NCBI GenBank assembly: GCA_951406725.2
Contig: OX597817.1
Coordinates: 29,202,001-29,266,000 of the forward strand
Reading direction: 5' to 3'
DNA length: 64,000 nucleotides
DNA from: Octopus vulgaris
Lineage: Eukaryota
Notes under the pieces: model-generated
Seen by the model: only the letters and a program-made list of their open reading frames with translations
Database searches by the model: none
What the model was told of the DNA's origin: nothing
Translations under genes and position numbers: made by a program
Shown: positions 13,570 through 26,820 of the stretch, piece after piece
How the letters are laid out: every line of letters begins with the position of its first letter
How positions within the stretch are numbered: position 1 is the stretch's first letter

Positions 13570-14880
13570 ATTAAAATAGAAATTCCGGATGTGGAAAAAA
13601 AAACTTGGAAACAAAAGATCTAAAAGTTAACTTAGAGAAAATACCAAGGTCCTAGTAAGCAGGGAAACAGAAAATACCCTTCCTGTTCAGGCAAATGGCC
13701 CTGTTCGATATGCAGGAAAGGTATGAGCAGAAATTCCATTTGGTGTAACCAGCGCAAGCTAAGGACACAGAAAAAAATGCAGTAGAATAGTATCAATGTT
13801 AACAGAGAAAGTAATGTTTGTATGTGGAAGATGCACAGGAGCCATAAAGACTACCGATATAAAGGAAACTGGTTTCCTCAAAAATTTCAGAAGCTCTCTC
13901 GAAGTAGAAGATAGTTTCTGCTACATAGTTGACCTCATTAGCAATGGAGGAGGATGTAACAAAAATGTATTTGCTAGAACAAAATAGGATGGAGAAAATT
14001 CAGAGAACTTTTGCTTCTGTTGGCTATCAAAGGTCTCTGTTTGAGGGAAAGAAAGATTGTATGATGTGTATGAACTGCAATACTACATGGTAGTAAGACT
14101 TGGGCCTTGAATGTAGAAGACATGTGAAGACTTGAGAGGAATGAAGCTGGTATACTCCTTTAGGTGTGCAATGTCAGCATATAGGTGCGGGGGAGTGGCT
14201 GTGTGGTAAGTAACTTGCTTACCAGCCACATGGTTCCAGGTTCAGTTCCACTGCATGGCACCTTGGGCAAGTGCCTTCTCCTACAGCTTCGGGCTGACCA
14301 AAGCCTTGTGGGTGAATTTGGTACACGGAAACTGAAAGAAGCTCATCATGTGTGTGTGTATATGTGTGTGTGTGTGTCCGTGTGTCCGTGTTTGTCCCCA
14401 CACTATTGCTTGGCGACCAATGTTGGTGTGTTCACATCCCTGTAAATTAGTGGTTCGGCAAAGGAAGCCAATAGAATAAGTACTAGGCTTACAAAGAATA
14501 AGTACTGGGGTCGATTTGTTCAACTAAATGCGGTGCTCCAGCATGGCTGCAGTCAAATGACTGAAACAAATAAAAGAATACAAGTGAAACAGGATGCTGG
14601 TGTATTGAGGGAAAAGTTACACATAAGAGGAATTAGGTGCAGTGTGCAAGAGAAAAGACTGAGCTGGTTTGGTCATGTGATGCAGATGGATGAGAATAGT
14701 TAAATAACGAAGTGCTGATTGCTTAAAGTGGATGGAATTTGTGAAAGAGAGAGACCCAGGAAGATATGGGACGAAGTATTGAAGGCTGATCTCAAGATGC
14801 TGACTCTTAGGAAGGAAATGACAAAAGATCCAGATATATGGTACATTGCTGTACTCAAGAAGACCCACCTTTCACAACAG
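13570..14880 (+). mobile_element. RTE-clade LINE 3' RT remnant, split by a SINE at 14182-14580
   Basis: GKWPCSICRKG, FVCGRC, SLEVEDSFCYIVDLISNGGG, GWRKFRELL, RLSWFGHVMQMDEN and RPRKIWDEVLKADL, with stops and frameshifts. Confidence 0.8.
14182..14580 (+). mobile_element. Family A SINE
   Basis: ggagtggctgtgtggtaag head, internal (TG)n, gactgaaacaaataaaagaata tail. Confidence 0.9.
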
Positions 14881-14997
14881 ATGTGACATCCTGAAACCAT
14901 GGTACCATCAAAGACTTTTATATAACACAGGGGAGGAAATGTGGGCATATGTTTTTGATCTCAAAATGAAGGCTCAGTGCACAGAAGAGTATCATAT

Positions 14998-15220
14998 GGC
15001 GGCGAGCTAGTGGAATCATTAGCAAAACGGGTGAAATGCTTAGCAGTATTTCATCTACTGCTATGTTCTGAGTTCAAATTCTGCCGAGGTCGACTTTGCC
15101 TTTCATCCTTTTGGGGTTGATTAAATAAGGACCAGTTACACACTGGGGTCGATATAATCAACTTTATCTGTTTGTTTGTCCCCTCTGTGTGTAGCCCCTT
15201 GTGGGCAGTAAAGAAATAAG
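14998..15220 (+). mobile_element. Family B SINE, monomer
   Basis: ggcggcgagct head, gagttcaaattc B-box-like motif, gactttgcctttcatcctttt body, aaagaaata end. Confidence 0.85.
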
Positions 15221-15389
15221 AATAGTATCATACCACTTCTCTGTGGCCTAAGAATTTCAACAGCTAGCAATAAACACAGAAAGTCATGATGATTGTCTTT
15301 CGGGATGATAAGGGCATCATTCTTCTTAATTTTCTGGTAAGTGGCTATACTTTGCACAGCAAATGATGAAAAAAGATACTCAAAAACTT

Positions 15390-15811
15390 AGGCGCAGGAG
15401 TGGCTGTGTGGTAAGTAGCTTGCTAACCAACCACATGGTTCCGGGTTCAGTCCCACTGCGTGGCATCTTGGGCAAGTGTCTTCTGCTATAGCCCCGCGCC
15501 GACCAATGCCTTGTGAGTGGATTTGGTAGACGGAAACTGAAAGAAGCCTGTCGTATATATGTATGTATATATATATATGTGTGTGTGTGTATATCTTTGT
15601 CTGTCTGTGTTTGTCCCCCTAGCATTGCTTGACAACCGATGCTGGTGTGTTTACGTCCCCGTAACTTAGCAGTTCAGCAAAAGAGACCGATAGAATAAGT
15701 ACTGGGCTTACAAAGAATAAGTCCCTGGGTCGATTTGCTCGACTAAAGGCGGTGCTCCAGCATGGCCACAGTCAAATGGCTGAAACAAGTAAAAGAGTAA
15801 AAGAGTAAAGA
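15390..15811 (+). mobile_element. Family A SINE, full length
   Basis: ggcgcaggagtggctgtgtggtaag...ggttcagtccc...(gagtaaaa)n tail. Confidence 0.92.
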
Positions 15812-16148
15812 GAGCCATTACGAGGTAGAGACTGGACAAAAATCTGCAAACGGTCTACGTTGATTAAGATAGTGGGCAACCACATAAAGATTTGGCAACA
15901 AATTAGACAATCAGTAAAGAGGGCTGGTTACTGGTCACACAAACCATGCAGCCCAGATTTGGTGCTCTTCAACTTCCAAGTGCACAATCTAATAAAGGAT
16001 GGTCCTTGCAGATAGTGTATTTGATAAATTGGACCATGTCAAAAATTGGCTGTGAAAAAGACGCTAGAACTGTTCACACTTGAAACAATTTCAAAGAGGA
16101 ATCAATGGTGGGGGTTCAATGATTGTACAAATGCATCAGTAGTGCTAT

Positions 16149-16358
16149 TCTCTTTTACTTGTTTCAGTCATTTGACTGTAGCCATGCTGGAGCACCGCCT
16201 TTAGTCAAGCAAATCGCCCCCAGGACTTATTCTTTGGAAGCCTAGTACTTATTCTATCAGTCTCTTTTGCCAAACCGCTAAGTTACGGGGATGTAAACAC
16301 ACCAGCATTAGTTGTCAAGTGATGTTGGGGGGGACAAACACAGACACACAAACACACT

Positions 16359-16402
<44 letters not shown>

Positions 16403-17789
16403 ATCAAAAAATCAAAATCAAATCAAATCAAATCAAACCAAATCAAAATAGATGAACATCAATGGAATTTGTATCTTTGTGGTACCAGTACCGGTGGCAC
16501 ACAAGAAAACCATCCGAACGTGGCCGTAGCCAGTACCGCATCGACTGGCCTCTGTGATGTGGGCACATAACAAACACCATCCGATCGTGGCCGTCCGCCA
16601 GCCTCATCTGGCACCTGTGTCGGTGGCACATAAAAACACCAACCGAAGACCCGGCAAGACTAGTCAGGCCATAACCCATGGCCCCTACTTGGGACGTAGT
16701 CAGTCCACCTGTGCATACCTTCCTTCCTTCTTGTGACACTTGTGAAGTCCTGTTGAGGCAAGTGAAAATCAAATCAAATCAAATCAAAATAGATGAACAT
16801 CAATGGAATTTGTATCTTGTGGTACCAGTGCCAGTGGCACACAAGAAAACCATCCGAACGTGGCCGTAGCCAGTACCGCATCGACTGGCCTCCGTGCTGT
16901 GGGCACGCAACAAACACCATCCGATCGTGGCCGTTCGCCAGCCTCATCTGGCACCTGTGTCGGTGGCACATAAAAACACCATCCGAAGACCCAGCAAGAC
17001 TAGTCAGGCCATAACCCGTGGCCCCTACCTGGGACGTAGTCAGTCCACCTGTGCATACCTTCCTTCTTGTGACACTTGTGAAGACCTGTTGAGGCAAGTG
17101 AAAATCAAATCAAATCAAAACAAATCAAAATAGATGAACATCAATGGAATTTGTATCTTTGTGGACCAGTGCCGGTGGCACACAAGAAAATCATCCGAAC
17201 GTGGCCGTAGCCAGTACCGCATAGACTGGCCTCCGTGCTTTGGGGACGTAACAAACACCATCCGATCGTGGCCGTCCGCCAGCCTCATCTGGCACCTGTG
17301 TCGGTGGCACATAAAAACACCATCCGAGCGTGGCCGTCTGCCAGCCTCGTCTGGCACCTGTGTCGGTGGCACATAAAAACACCATCCGAGCGTGGCCGTT
17401 CGCCAGCCTCGTCTGGCACCTGTGTCGGTGGCACATAAAATCACCCACTACACTCTCGGAGTGGTTGGCGTTAGGAAGGGCATCCAGCTGTAGAAACACT
17501 GCCAGATCTGACTGGCCTGGTGCAGCCTTCGGGCTCCCCAGACCCCAGTTGAACCGTCCAACCCATGCTAGCATGGAAAACGGACGCTAAATGATGATGA
17601 TGATGATGATGATATATATACATATATACAACGGGCTTCTTTCAGTTTCCGCCTACCAAATCAACTCACAAGGCTTTGGTCAGCCAAAGGCTATAGTAGA
17701 AGACACTTGCCCTAGGTGCCATGCAGTGAGACTGAACCCGGAACCATGTGGCTGGTAAGCAAGCTACTTACCACACAGCCACTCCTGCT
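16149..17789 (-). mobile_element. Family A SINE split by a 1.2-kb family D insertion in its (TA)n tract
   Basis: SINE 3' half at 16149-16400 and 5' half at 17613-17789. Confidence 0.85.
16402..17612 (+). mobile_element. Family D (RTE 3'-UTR-derived) concatemer: ~340-bp units led by (AAATC)n, ~60-bp subrepeats, (GAT)n tail
   Basis: aaatagatgaacatcaatgg recurs at about 16446, 16787 and 17128; same architecture at 42595-43422. Confidence 0.85.
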
Positions 17790-18119
17790 GGAGACTCCCT
17801 AGTAATATCTTTGTATAGATAAAGTGTTACTCTGCTGCAATGAGCAATTTGAACAACCTGTATCATTTGGTAATCCCTTCTGCTATTGGCACAAGGCTTG
17901 AGATTTTGGGGTAGGAAGCTTGTCAACTACATTGTCCCCAGGGCTCTGCTGATACTTATTTCATCGGCTCCAAAAGGATGGAAGTCAAAGTCAACCTTTG
18001 TGGAGTTTGAACTCAGAATATAAGGTAGAAGAAATGTCATGGTGCACGGCAGCTACCCACGCCACCAATTTTTTAAACCTACTTTTGCCTTACTTTCCAT
18101 ATAACTCTCATGTATGTGA

Positions 18120-18156
<37 letters not shown>

Positions 18157-18456
18157 AATATTTGTATACATACATATATGTATGTGTGTGCGTGTATTTA
18201 TTGTTTTTATATATCTTTTATATCTATCACTTGTTTCAGTTATTAGACTGTGGCTATGCTGGGGCACCACCTTGAGGAATTTTAGTTGAACAAATTGACC
18301 CCAGAACTTATGTTTTTTGTTTTTTAAAGCATGGTACTTATTCTATCAGCCTTTTTGCCTAACTACTAAGTTACAGGGATGTAAATACACCAAAACTAGT
18401 TGTCAAGTGGTGATCAAGGACAAACACAGGCAGAAAGTCACATATACACACACATA

Positions 18457-19122
18457 CAAGGAGAAGTCAAAAATTATCTGCACTTTTGCCATAACATACT
18501 TTTTATTGTCACACCACCTTCTGCACAGTCATGCTTATATTTGGTACTATTGTGGTTACGTGATCAAAGTTTGAGCCTGATCGTGCCATTTTTATTTCTG
18601 GCTTTACAGTGTAAGCATGGCATCTCCACTAGCAATGTGCAGCAAAGAAGAACATAAAGCAGTGATCCAAAAGATGGTAATGGTGAACCAGTTCACCATT
18701 ACCATCTCCCGAGCTTGCTGAATCTTCCCATCAGTGGTGGAGCTTGATGAGTGTCCTGCTCCCTCTTCATGTGTCACACTTGTCCAGCCACTTTTAAACC
18801 TCTCAGTCCACTCATACACACTTCTACATGGTAGTGCACTGTCCCCGTATTGTGCTAAAAGCCTCAGATGAATTTCAGTACCTGACACACCATCCGACCA
18901 GAGAAACCAGATCACTGTTCTTTGTTCTTCTTTAGTGCACATTGGTAGTGGAGTGGCCATGCTTACACTGTAAAGCCAGAAATAAAAATGGAGCCATTAT
19001 GCTCAAACTTCGATCAGATGACCACTATAGTACCAACTATAAGCATGCACGTGCAGAAGGCAGTGTGATAATAATGAAGATATGTTATGGTGAAAGTGCA
19101 GATAATTTTTGACTTCCCATCA
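18457..19122 (-). mobile_element. Mariner deletion derivative with two 5' ends; transposase N-terminus at 18690-18960
   Basis: TIRs gaagtcaaaaattatctgcacttt; ORF MATPLPMCTKEEQRTVIWFLWSDGVSGTEIHLRLLAQYGDSALPCRSVYEWTERFKSG is a mariner HTH. Confidence 0.9.
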
Positions 19123-19172
<50 letters not shown>

Positions 19173-19239
19173 AGGGAGTAAATCCAAACTTACAGGGAAA
19201 AATTAGATTTAGGATTAAATCTAATTTTATAGTATAAAT

Positions 19240-19952
19240 ATATATTATATTAAATTAGAGATAAAACTACTATTAGGCAAATCAAACAGTGAAAATCATA
19301 AGCCAATACATAGAAATAAAATTAATTAAAAAATATATAAAAGATATAAAATATAAAAATCCAATTAAAATATTTAAATTAAAGTTAAAATTTTAAAAAT
19401 TATTTAAATTAATAATTTAAACTTATAAATTATAAATATATATATATTTTTATTATTATCTTATTTAATTATTTATTTTTTTTAAAATATTTTTTATCTT
19501 TTTATTTTTTTATATTTTTATATTTATATATTTTTTATTATTTTATTTTATTTATTTAAACTAACAAAAAGTATTTATCTTATTTATCTTTATCTTATAT
19601 TAAACTTTTAATACTTTTTGATAGTTTAAAAAAAATTAAAATAATAAAAAAATAGAAAAATAAATAAATATATAAATATTAAAAAATAAAAAATATAAAT
19701 AAAAAAATAAATAATTAAATAAAATAATAATAAATATATATATATATATTTATAATTTATAAGTTTAAATTATTAATTTAAATAATTTTTTAAAATTTTA
19801 ACTTTAATTTAAATATTTTAATTGGATTTTTATATTTTATATTTTATATTATTTATATATTTTTAATTAATTTTATTTCTATGTATTGGTTTATGATTTT
19901 CACTGTTTGATTTGCCTAATAGTGGTTTTATCTCTAATTTAATATAATATAT
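19240..19952. repeat. ~710-bp AT-rich inverted repeat (arms about 335 bp)
   Basis: attaggcaaatcaaacagtgaaaatcata on the left mirrors tatgattttcactgtttgatttgcctaat on the right; centre at about 19576-19610. Confidence 0.9.
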
Positions 19953-20116
19953 ATATATACATACTTCATTTAAAAGCAGCAGAAATATAACAAAAGCTGT
20001 TGCTCAGAGTTTCATATTCCCGTTCTGCTGCTTTTAAATAAAGCATATTACTCTACCTCTGGTATTTGAGTACTCTTTTTCCACCTTGTTTCACATTTAT
20101 GTGCTTACTCCAGAAC

Positions 20117-20147
<31 letters not shown>

Positions 20148-20538
20148 TATATATATACACACATACATATATATATAAATGATGGGCTTCTTTCAGTTTC
20201 CATCTACCAAATCCCTTACAAGGCTTTGGTTGGCCTGACCTATGGTAGAAGACACTTGCCCAAGTTGCTATGCAGTAGCACCACGTGGTTGGTAAGCAAA
20301 CTTCTTACCATGTAGCCACTTCTTACACACATACACATAGTGGCTGCTTACACAAACTTTATACAGAAGCTCTTGAACTGTAACATTAATTTAACTTGTA
20401 TTATCATCATGAAAATTTATCCAAAAGGAATAAAATGCTGTCTTGGTAATTTGTAGTTCCAGCCTCACCTTTAGCTAATATCACAGCTTTTACCCAATTA
20501 AACATGATTTTGATTGTATTATCAATAACTGACTGATA

Positions 20539-20959
20539 GGCGCAGGAGTGGCTGTGTGGTAAGTAGCTTGTTTACCAACCACATGGTTCCGGGTTTAGTC
20601 CCACTGCATGGCACCTTGGGCAAGTGTCTTCTACTATAACCTCGGGCCGACCAAAGCCTTGTGAGTGGATTTGGTAGACGGAAACTGAAAGAAGCCCGTC
20701 GTATATATGTATATATATATATATATATGCGTGTGTGTGTTTGTGTGTCTGTGTTTGTCCCCCTAGCCTTGCTTGACAACCGATGCTGGTGTGTTTATGT
20801 CTCTGTTACTTAGCGGTTCGGCAAAAAGAGACCGATAGAATAAGTACTGGGCTTACAAAAGAATAAGTCCCGGGGTCGAGTTGCTCGATTAAAGGCGGTG
20901 CTCCAGCATGGCCGCAGTCAAATGACTGAAACAAGTAAAAGAGTAAAAGAGTAAAAGAG
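20539..20959 (+). mobile_element. Family A SINE, full length
   Basis: Near-consensus head, body and gagtaaaa tail. Confidence 0.92.
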
Positions 20960-21856
20960 ATCTGTTTTTATTCACTTTTCAGTCAATTCCTTTTACAGTT
21001 CTGTAATTGCTGAAATGCTTGGTCATCTTGCTCACAATTTGCTATTAAGTCATACCAGTATATGCTCTATTGATGTCGATATTGGGGCTTTGAGCGACCA
21101 TTTTCAAATATCTGTTTCTGTGACTTCTGCATTCTTGTAATACTTTGTTTGTATAGCATTGTGTTCCAGCTTCTTGAAAAATAGTGGTCTTCTTATCAAT
21201 TCCTATATTAGAAAAGGTGGGTAATAGACTTTTTATCAAGTATTCGATAGTATTTGGGGTTATTTAAATATCGTGAAGTATATTTGCCACTTAAATGTGG
21301 CTAACCGCTAAGGGTGGATGCTACTGTAGCTTGTAGCCCCAGGAGGACACTTCCTCCAGCTGGCTATTGACACACTTTCTGTGCCCTATCAGTATTTACT
21401 AAAGGGAAGCCATCCTTCCCGTCTTCAACTTATGATACACACGGACTCGAGTTTCTGAGTATTGACCCGTCACCAGCTTGTAACAATCAACGGTTGTCAA
21501 TGAAAAGTAGGCCTCCCTTTGCGAATATATATCGTTTTTCCAGTGACGAAAAGTCACTGCGCTGAGAGATTTATTATTGTTATTTAAATAATTTTCAGTA
21601 AAAAGTTCTTCCATGTTTAAATGTTCCTTGCAAAGAATCCAGCTCCAATGTTTCAGTTTTGTTGTACCACACATGAATTGGAAACCATGTCAGATCACAT
21701 ATTATCAGCAACCAAGACTTATCTTCCTTGTTGTAGGACTCTTTAGCCCAGTTGAACCCTGTGGTCTTTCCATTTGAAATCATTCATTTCTTTATTTTAA
21801 TTCTTTGTTTGTCTACAATATCTTTCAATACAGATTTTATGAAATGTGATAACATA

Positions 21857-22270
21857 GGCGTAGGAGTGGCTGTGTGGTAAGTAGCTTGCTCACGAACCAC
21901 ATGGTTCCGGGTTCAGTCCCTCTGTGTGGCAACTTGGGCAAGTGTCTTCTACTATAGCCTCGGGCCAACCAAAGCCTTGTGAGTGGATTTGGTAGATGGA
22001 AACTGAAAGAAGCCTGTCGTATATAAGTATATATATTTATGCATGTGTGTGTCTATACGTTTTTGTGTCCGTGTTTGTCCCTCAACATCGCTTGACAAAT
22101 GATGCTGATGTGTTTATGTCCCTGTAACTTAGCAGTTCGGCCAAAGAGACCAATAGAATAAGTACTAGGTTTACAAAGAATAAGTTCTGGTGTCGATTTG
22201 TTTGACTAAAGGCGGTGCTCCAGCATGGCCACAGTCAAATGACTGAAACGAATAAAAGGATAAAAGAAAA
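21857..22270 (+). mobile_element. Family A SINE
   Basis: Near-consensus head, body and tail. Confidence 0.9.
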
Positions 22271-22469
22271 GAATAGACATGGAATTTGTAACCTTTCTAA
22301 CAGTCACAAACCGATGTCTAATAACTTCCCTCTTAACTCCCCTGTTTACCTTCTTTGAAACTTTCTGTGGCCTCTCCTATTTTTTCTTCACTTGTCTATG
22401 TCCTTCTTCAACCCACCTCTTTACAGATATACACACAGATACATACATCAATGTTTATTGATATATAAC

Positions 22470-22726
22470 TATAATTATTATTAAAATTATAACTTAGGCT
22501 ATCTACGAGATACCGCCATGCTGAAAATAGCAGCCAGGATCTGACTCTAAACCCACATTAAGTGTTCATATAGCACAAGGAGAGAAGACAAAAAGACAAA
22601 ATATAACTAGTAAAAAATTACTGGATAATTCCAGATCCCAGATTTCTGGTTTTGCATTTAGAAATGCTTTGCCTCGTTAGATACCTCATTAGATACCCTA
22701 AGTTATAATTTTAATAATAATTATTA
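22470..22726. repeat. Element bounded by ~35-bp inverted repeats (possible Penelope-like foldback)
   Basis: ataattattattaaaattataacttaggctatcta / tagataccctaagttataattttaataataattat. Confidence 0.65.
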
Positions 22727-22817
22727 ACTTTGAAGGTTTTTATTTCCATACTGACCATTTGATAAGATCATTATTTAATTTAAATTAATGATCTTATCCT
22801 TATTTATATAAATTTAG

Positions 22818-23198
22818 TGGAGGCGCAATGGCCCAGTGGTTAGGGCAGCGGACTCGCGGTCATAGGATCGCGGTTTCGATTCCCAGACCGAGCATTGTAA
22901 GTGTTTATTGAGCGAAAACACCTAAAAGCTCCACGAGGTTCCGGCAGGTGATGGTGGTGATCCCTGCTGTACTCTTTCACCACAACTTTCTCTCACTCTT
23001 ACTTCCTGTTTCTGTTGTACCTGTATTTCAAGGCGCCAGCCTTGTCACTCTCTGTGACATGCTAAATATCCCCGAGAACTACGTTAAGGGTGCACGTGTC
23101 TGTGGAGTGCTCAGCCACTTACACGATAATTTCACGAGCAGGCTGTTCCATTGATTCGGATCAACCAGAGCCCTCATCGTCGTAACTGACGGAGTGCT
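22818..23198 (+). mobile_element. tRNA-derived SINE (OR-like head 1 + tail X)
   Basis: ggaggcgcaatggcccagtggttagggcagcggactcgcgg...gtttcgattccc; flanked by tatataaatttag duplication (TSD-like). Confidence 0.88.
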
Positions 23199-23527
23199 TC
23201 CATCCATATATAAATTTAGATATATAACTATACGGGGATATGATTTTATACATCTCATCTCCCTACCAGCCCAATCATCCATGATTCTTATTCTCCGTCT
23301 TCCTATTCTCTTTTTATGTACCTTGTTGTACCTCAAGGGTACGCCCTGACATCAGATCTCAATCATTCTTTCTCCCATTCCTGCTGGGCCATCCATGTAT
23401 TTCATCTACAGCAAGTCAACTGTTCATGTCTTTCTTTCCAATGTTAGCTTCTCTAGACTTGGTCCCATGCAACCCTCCTAAATACTTCATCCCCACACAT
23501 GAAATATGTGGCATTACAGCTAAGCAA

Positions 23528-23737
23528 CTCTTTTACTCTTTTACTTGTTTCAGTCATTTGACTGCGGCCATGCTGGAGCACCGCCTTTAGTCGAGCAAAT
23601 CGACCCCGGGACTTATTCTTTTTGTAAGCCCGGTACTTATTCATCGGTCTCTTTTGCCGAACCGCTAAGTGATGGGGATGTAAACACACCAGTATCGGTT
23701 GTCAAGCAATGCTAGGGGGACAAACACAGACACACAA

Positions 23738-23769
<32 letters not shown>

Positions 23770-23931
23770 GACAGGCTTCTTTCAGTTTCCGTCTACCAAA
23801 TCCACTCACAAGGCATTGGTCGGCCTGGGGCTATAGCAGAAGACACTTGCCCAAGATGCCACGCAGTGGGACTGAACCCGGAACCATGAGGTTGGTTAGC
23901 AAGCTACTTACCACACAGCCACTCCTGCGCC
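23528..23931 (-). mobile_element. Family A SINE
   Basis: Reverse complement of the consensus. Confidence 0.92.
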
Positions 23932-24287
23932 TAACTGTTACTAAATCAATATCAATTTGTGTTTAACGTAACTAAAAATGTATCTTCCATGATGCAATTG
24001 TAGTTTTACAGTCACCATATTAAATGTGGAAGATATCAGATGAAGACAATTAACTCTCTATTGCATGTCATACATATTACATTTATTAACCGATATATCC
24101 TCATTTATTAGATTTTTTCCTTAAGAGATTATAAACCATGGAGTGGTCCACCAATGTCACCGTCATACCAACAGCATGCTACTTGATGACACCATTAGTG
24201 CTGGCGCCATGAAAATAGCACCCAATACACTCTGTAAAGCATTTGGTATTAAGAAGGACATCTAGTTTTCGAAACCTTGCCAAAACA

Positions 24288-24700
24288 GCGAGATGGCAGA
24301 AATGTTAGCATGCCAGGTGGAATGCGTAGCCGTATTTCGTCTGCTGTCACGTTCTGAGTTCAAATTCCGCCAAGGTCAATTTTGCCTTTCATCTTTTCGG
24401 GGTTGATTAAATAAGTACCAGTTATGCACTGGGGTCAATATAATCGACTTAATCCATTTGTCTGTCCTTGTTTGTCCCCTCTGTGTTTAAGCCCCTTGTG
24501 GGTAGTAAAGAAATAGGTATTTCGTCTGCCGTTACGTTCTGAGTTCAAGTTCCGCCAAGATCGACTTTTCCTTTCATTCTTTCGGGATCGATAGATTAAG
24601 TACCAGTTGCATACTGGGGTCGATGTAATTGACTTAATCCCTTTGTCTGTTCTTGTTTGTCCCCCTCTATGTTTAGCTCCTTGTGGATATATAAAGAAAT
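24288..24700 (+). mobile_element. Family B SINE, dimeric form, inserted into a family D remnant
   Basis: Internal junction aaagaaata|ggtatttcg; aaaccttgccaaaa duplicated on both sides. Confidence 0.85.
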
Positions 24701-24975
24701 AAAAAAACCTTGCCAAAATAGATCTGGAGAAAAACACAGCTTTCCAACCCATGCTTGCATGGAATAAAGATGGTAAATGAAAACAACAATAGTGACGAAG
24801 ACAGCGGTGATGGTGGCAATGGTGATGGCAGTTGTGGCGATGAAAACAATGATGATTTATACATACAAGAATAATGTGATATGCTATCTGATCCCTACAT
24901 TCTAGTTCTTAAACTCTTGCATCAGGAATTTATACTGTAACAGTCTGCTATCTAATAGTTGCCAATTGTACAAGT

Positions 24976-25138
24976 AGGCGCAGGAGTGGCTGTGTGGTAA
25001 GTAGCTTGCTAACCAACCACATGGTTCCGGGTTCAGTCCCACTGCATGGCATCTTGGGCAAGTGTCTTCTGCTATAGCCCCGGGCTGACCAATGCCTTGT
25101 GAGTGGATTTGGTAGATGGAAACTGAAAGAAGCCTGTC

Positions 25139-25180
<42 letters not shown>

Positions 25181-25390
25181 TTGTGTGTCTGTGTTTGTCC
25201 CCCTAGCATTGCTTGACAACCGATGCTGGTGTGTTTACGTCCCCGTCACTTAGTGGTTCGGCAAAAGAGACCGATAGAATAAGTACTGGGCTTACAAAGA
25301 TAAGTCCCGGGGTCGAGTTGCTCGACTAAAGGCGGTGCTCCAGCATGGCCACAGTCAAATGGCTGAAACAAGTAAAAGAGTAAAGAGTAA
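24976..25390 (+). mobile_element. Family A SINE
   Basis: Near-consensus head, body and tail. Confidence 0.92.
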
Positions 25391-26384
25391 GTAGCTTGTA
25401 AAAGGTTTATGAAATGTGACCAGAGTTTCCCTCGAGGCTTTCTGGTTGTGTTCCTTTCTCACACTCTGGACAGGACCAGCCTACACTCGAAGCAGAACAG
25501 CATCCACTAGTTCATTGATCCACCGCACCAGAAATACCGTTCAGACTGAATAACCCAATAAAAAAATCAAAAAGGAAACGCTGGCAACAGAAAAAAGACA
25601 TAGAACATACAACTCTAAGGAGATGACTCACTACCCTCTTGAATCATTGTGGAATCAACTCATAAAGAAATTTGAAAGAATATTTGTTACTTGAGATTTC
25701 ATTTTTGAATTTTTATGAATGATGAATTGAAGTGAGGGCGAGGAAATTTGTTTCTTTTCAAAATTTCTATTATTGTACATCTAGAAATTTAAACATACTT
25801 GTCTTCCTCTTTAGAGTATTATTGCTCACAGTTTTATATGAAAGTTATGATAATTACATAATTTATTTATTAGTATTGATTTTATCTATATTTATATAAT
25901 ATAATGCTACAGGATTTAATTAGTGTTAAAACTAAATAAATTTGAAATACAGTTCATTAATACCTCAAAGAGACATAGATGTGATACAATTGTATTTCCT
26001 CATTTGTACATAAATCTACATCTTGTGTAAATTGCAAGAAATATTTTTTCTCAAGAAGAAGCATCATATATGTTGTTAGTAAAAGGGAAGAGGACAAAAA
26101 TTATTCTTTTACTCTAGATGTGGCCAAACTAGAATGGTGCTTTAAAAAGTTTAGTCAATCAAACTGACATTAGTATTTTTTGCAAGCCTCATACTTATTC
26201 TATCTATCTCTTTTTGCCAAACAGCTTAATTACAGTGGATGTTAACAAACCAACACCAGATGGCAAGTGCTGTGAAACCTACACAAAGACTCAAACACTC
26301 ATGAACAAACATACATACATATCTACCTACATACCACAAAAGGTTCCAAGCAGTTTCTGTCCACCAAATTTATTCATAAGTGCT

Positions 26385-26820
26385 TGTGGAGCGCTAGAGT
26401 ACCATACGAGTGAGATCGTGGCCAGAGCAACAAGCTGGCCTCCGTGCTGATGGCACGTTAAAAATACTATTCGAGTGTGATCATTACCTGCGTCGCCTTA
26501 CTAGCACTTGTGCTGGTGGCACGTGAAAAAACATTTGAGCGAGGTCGTTGTCAGTGCCGCTGGACTGGCTCCTGTGCAAGTGACACACAAAAAGAACCAT
26601 TTTAGTGTGGCTATTGCCAGTACTGCCTGACTGGCACATAAAAGCACCAACTACACTCTCAGAGTGGTTGGCGTTAGGAAGGGCATCCAGCTGTAGAAAC
26701 TCTGCCAGATCAGATTGGAGTCTGGTGCAGCCATCTTTTTTACCAGATCTCAGTCAAATCGTCCACCCCATGCTAGCATGGAAAGCGGACGTTAACCGAT
26801 GATGATGATGAGGAGGAGGA
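26385..26820 (+). mobile_element. Family D element inserted in an old family A SINE
   Basis: Subrepeats ggcacg(t)aaaa, conserved core, (GAT)n tail. Confidence 0.8.

Noticed and set aside
16402-17612. CRISPR-like repeat-spacer array, or real ORFs in the GC-rich repeats
   Set aside because: Units are tandem near-identical copies without unique spacers, there are no cas genes, and the context is a eukaryotic retroelement tail
22818-22890. tRNA gene (Arg-like head; also at 2700 and 58110)
   Set aside because: A and B boxes are present but there is no complete acceptor stem, and the sequence continues into a multicopy SINE body
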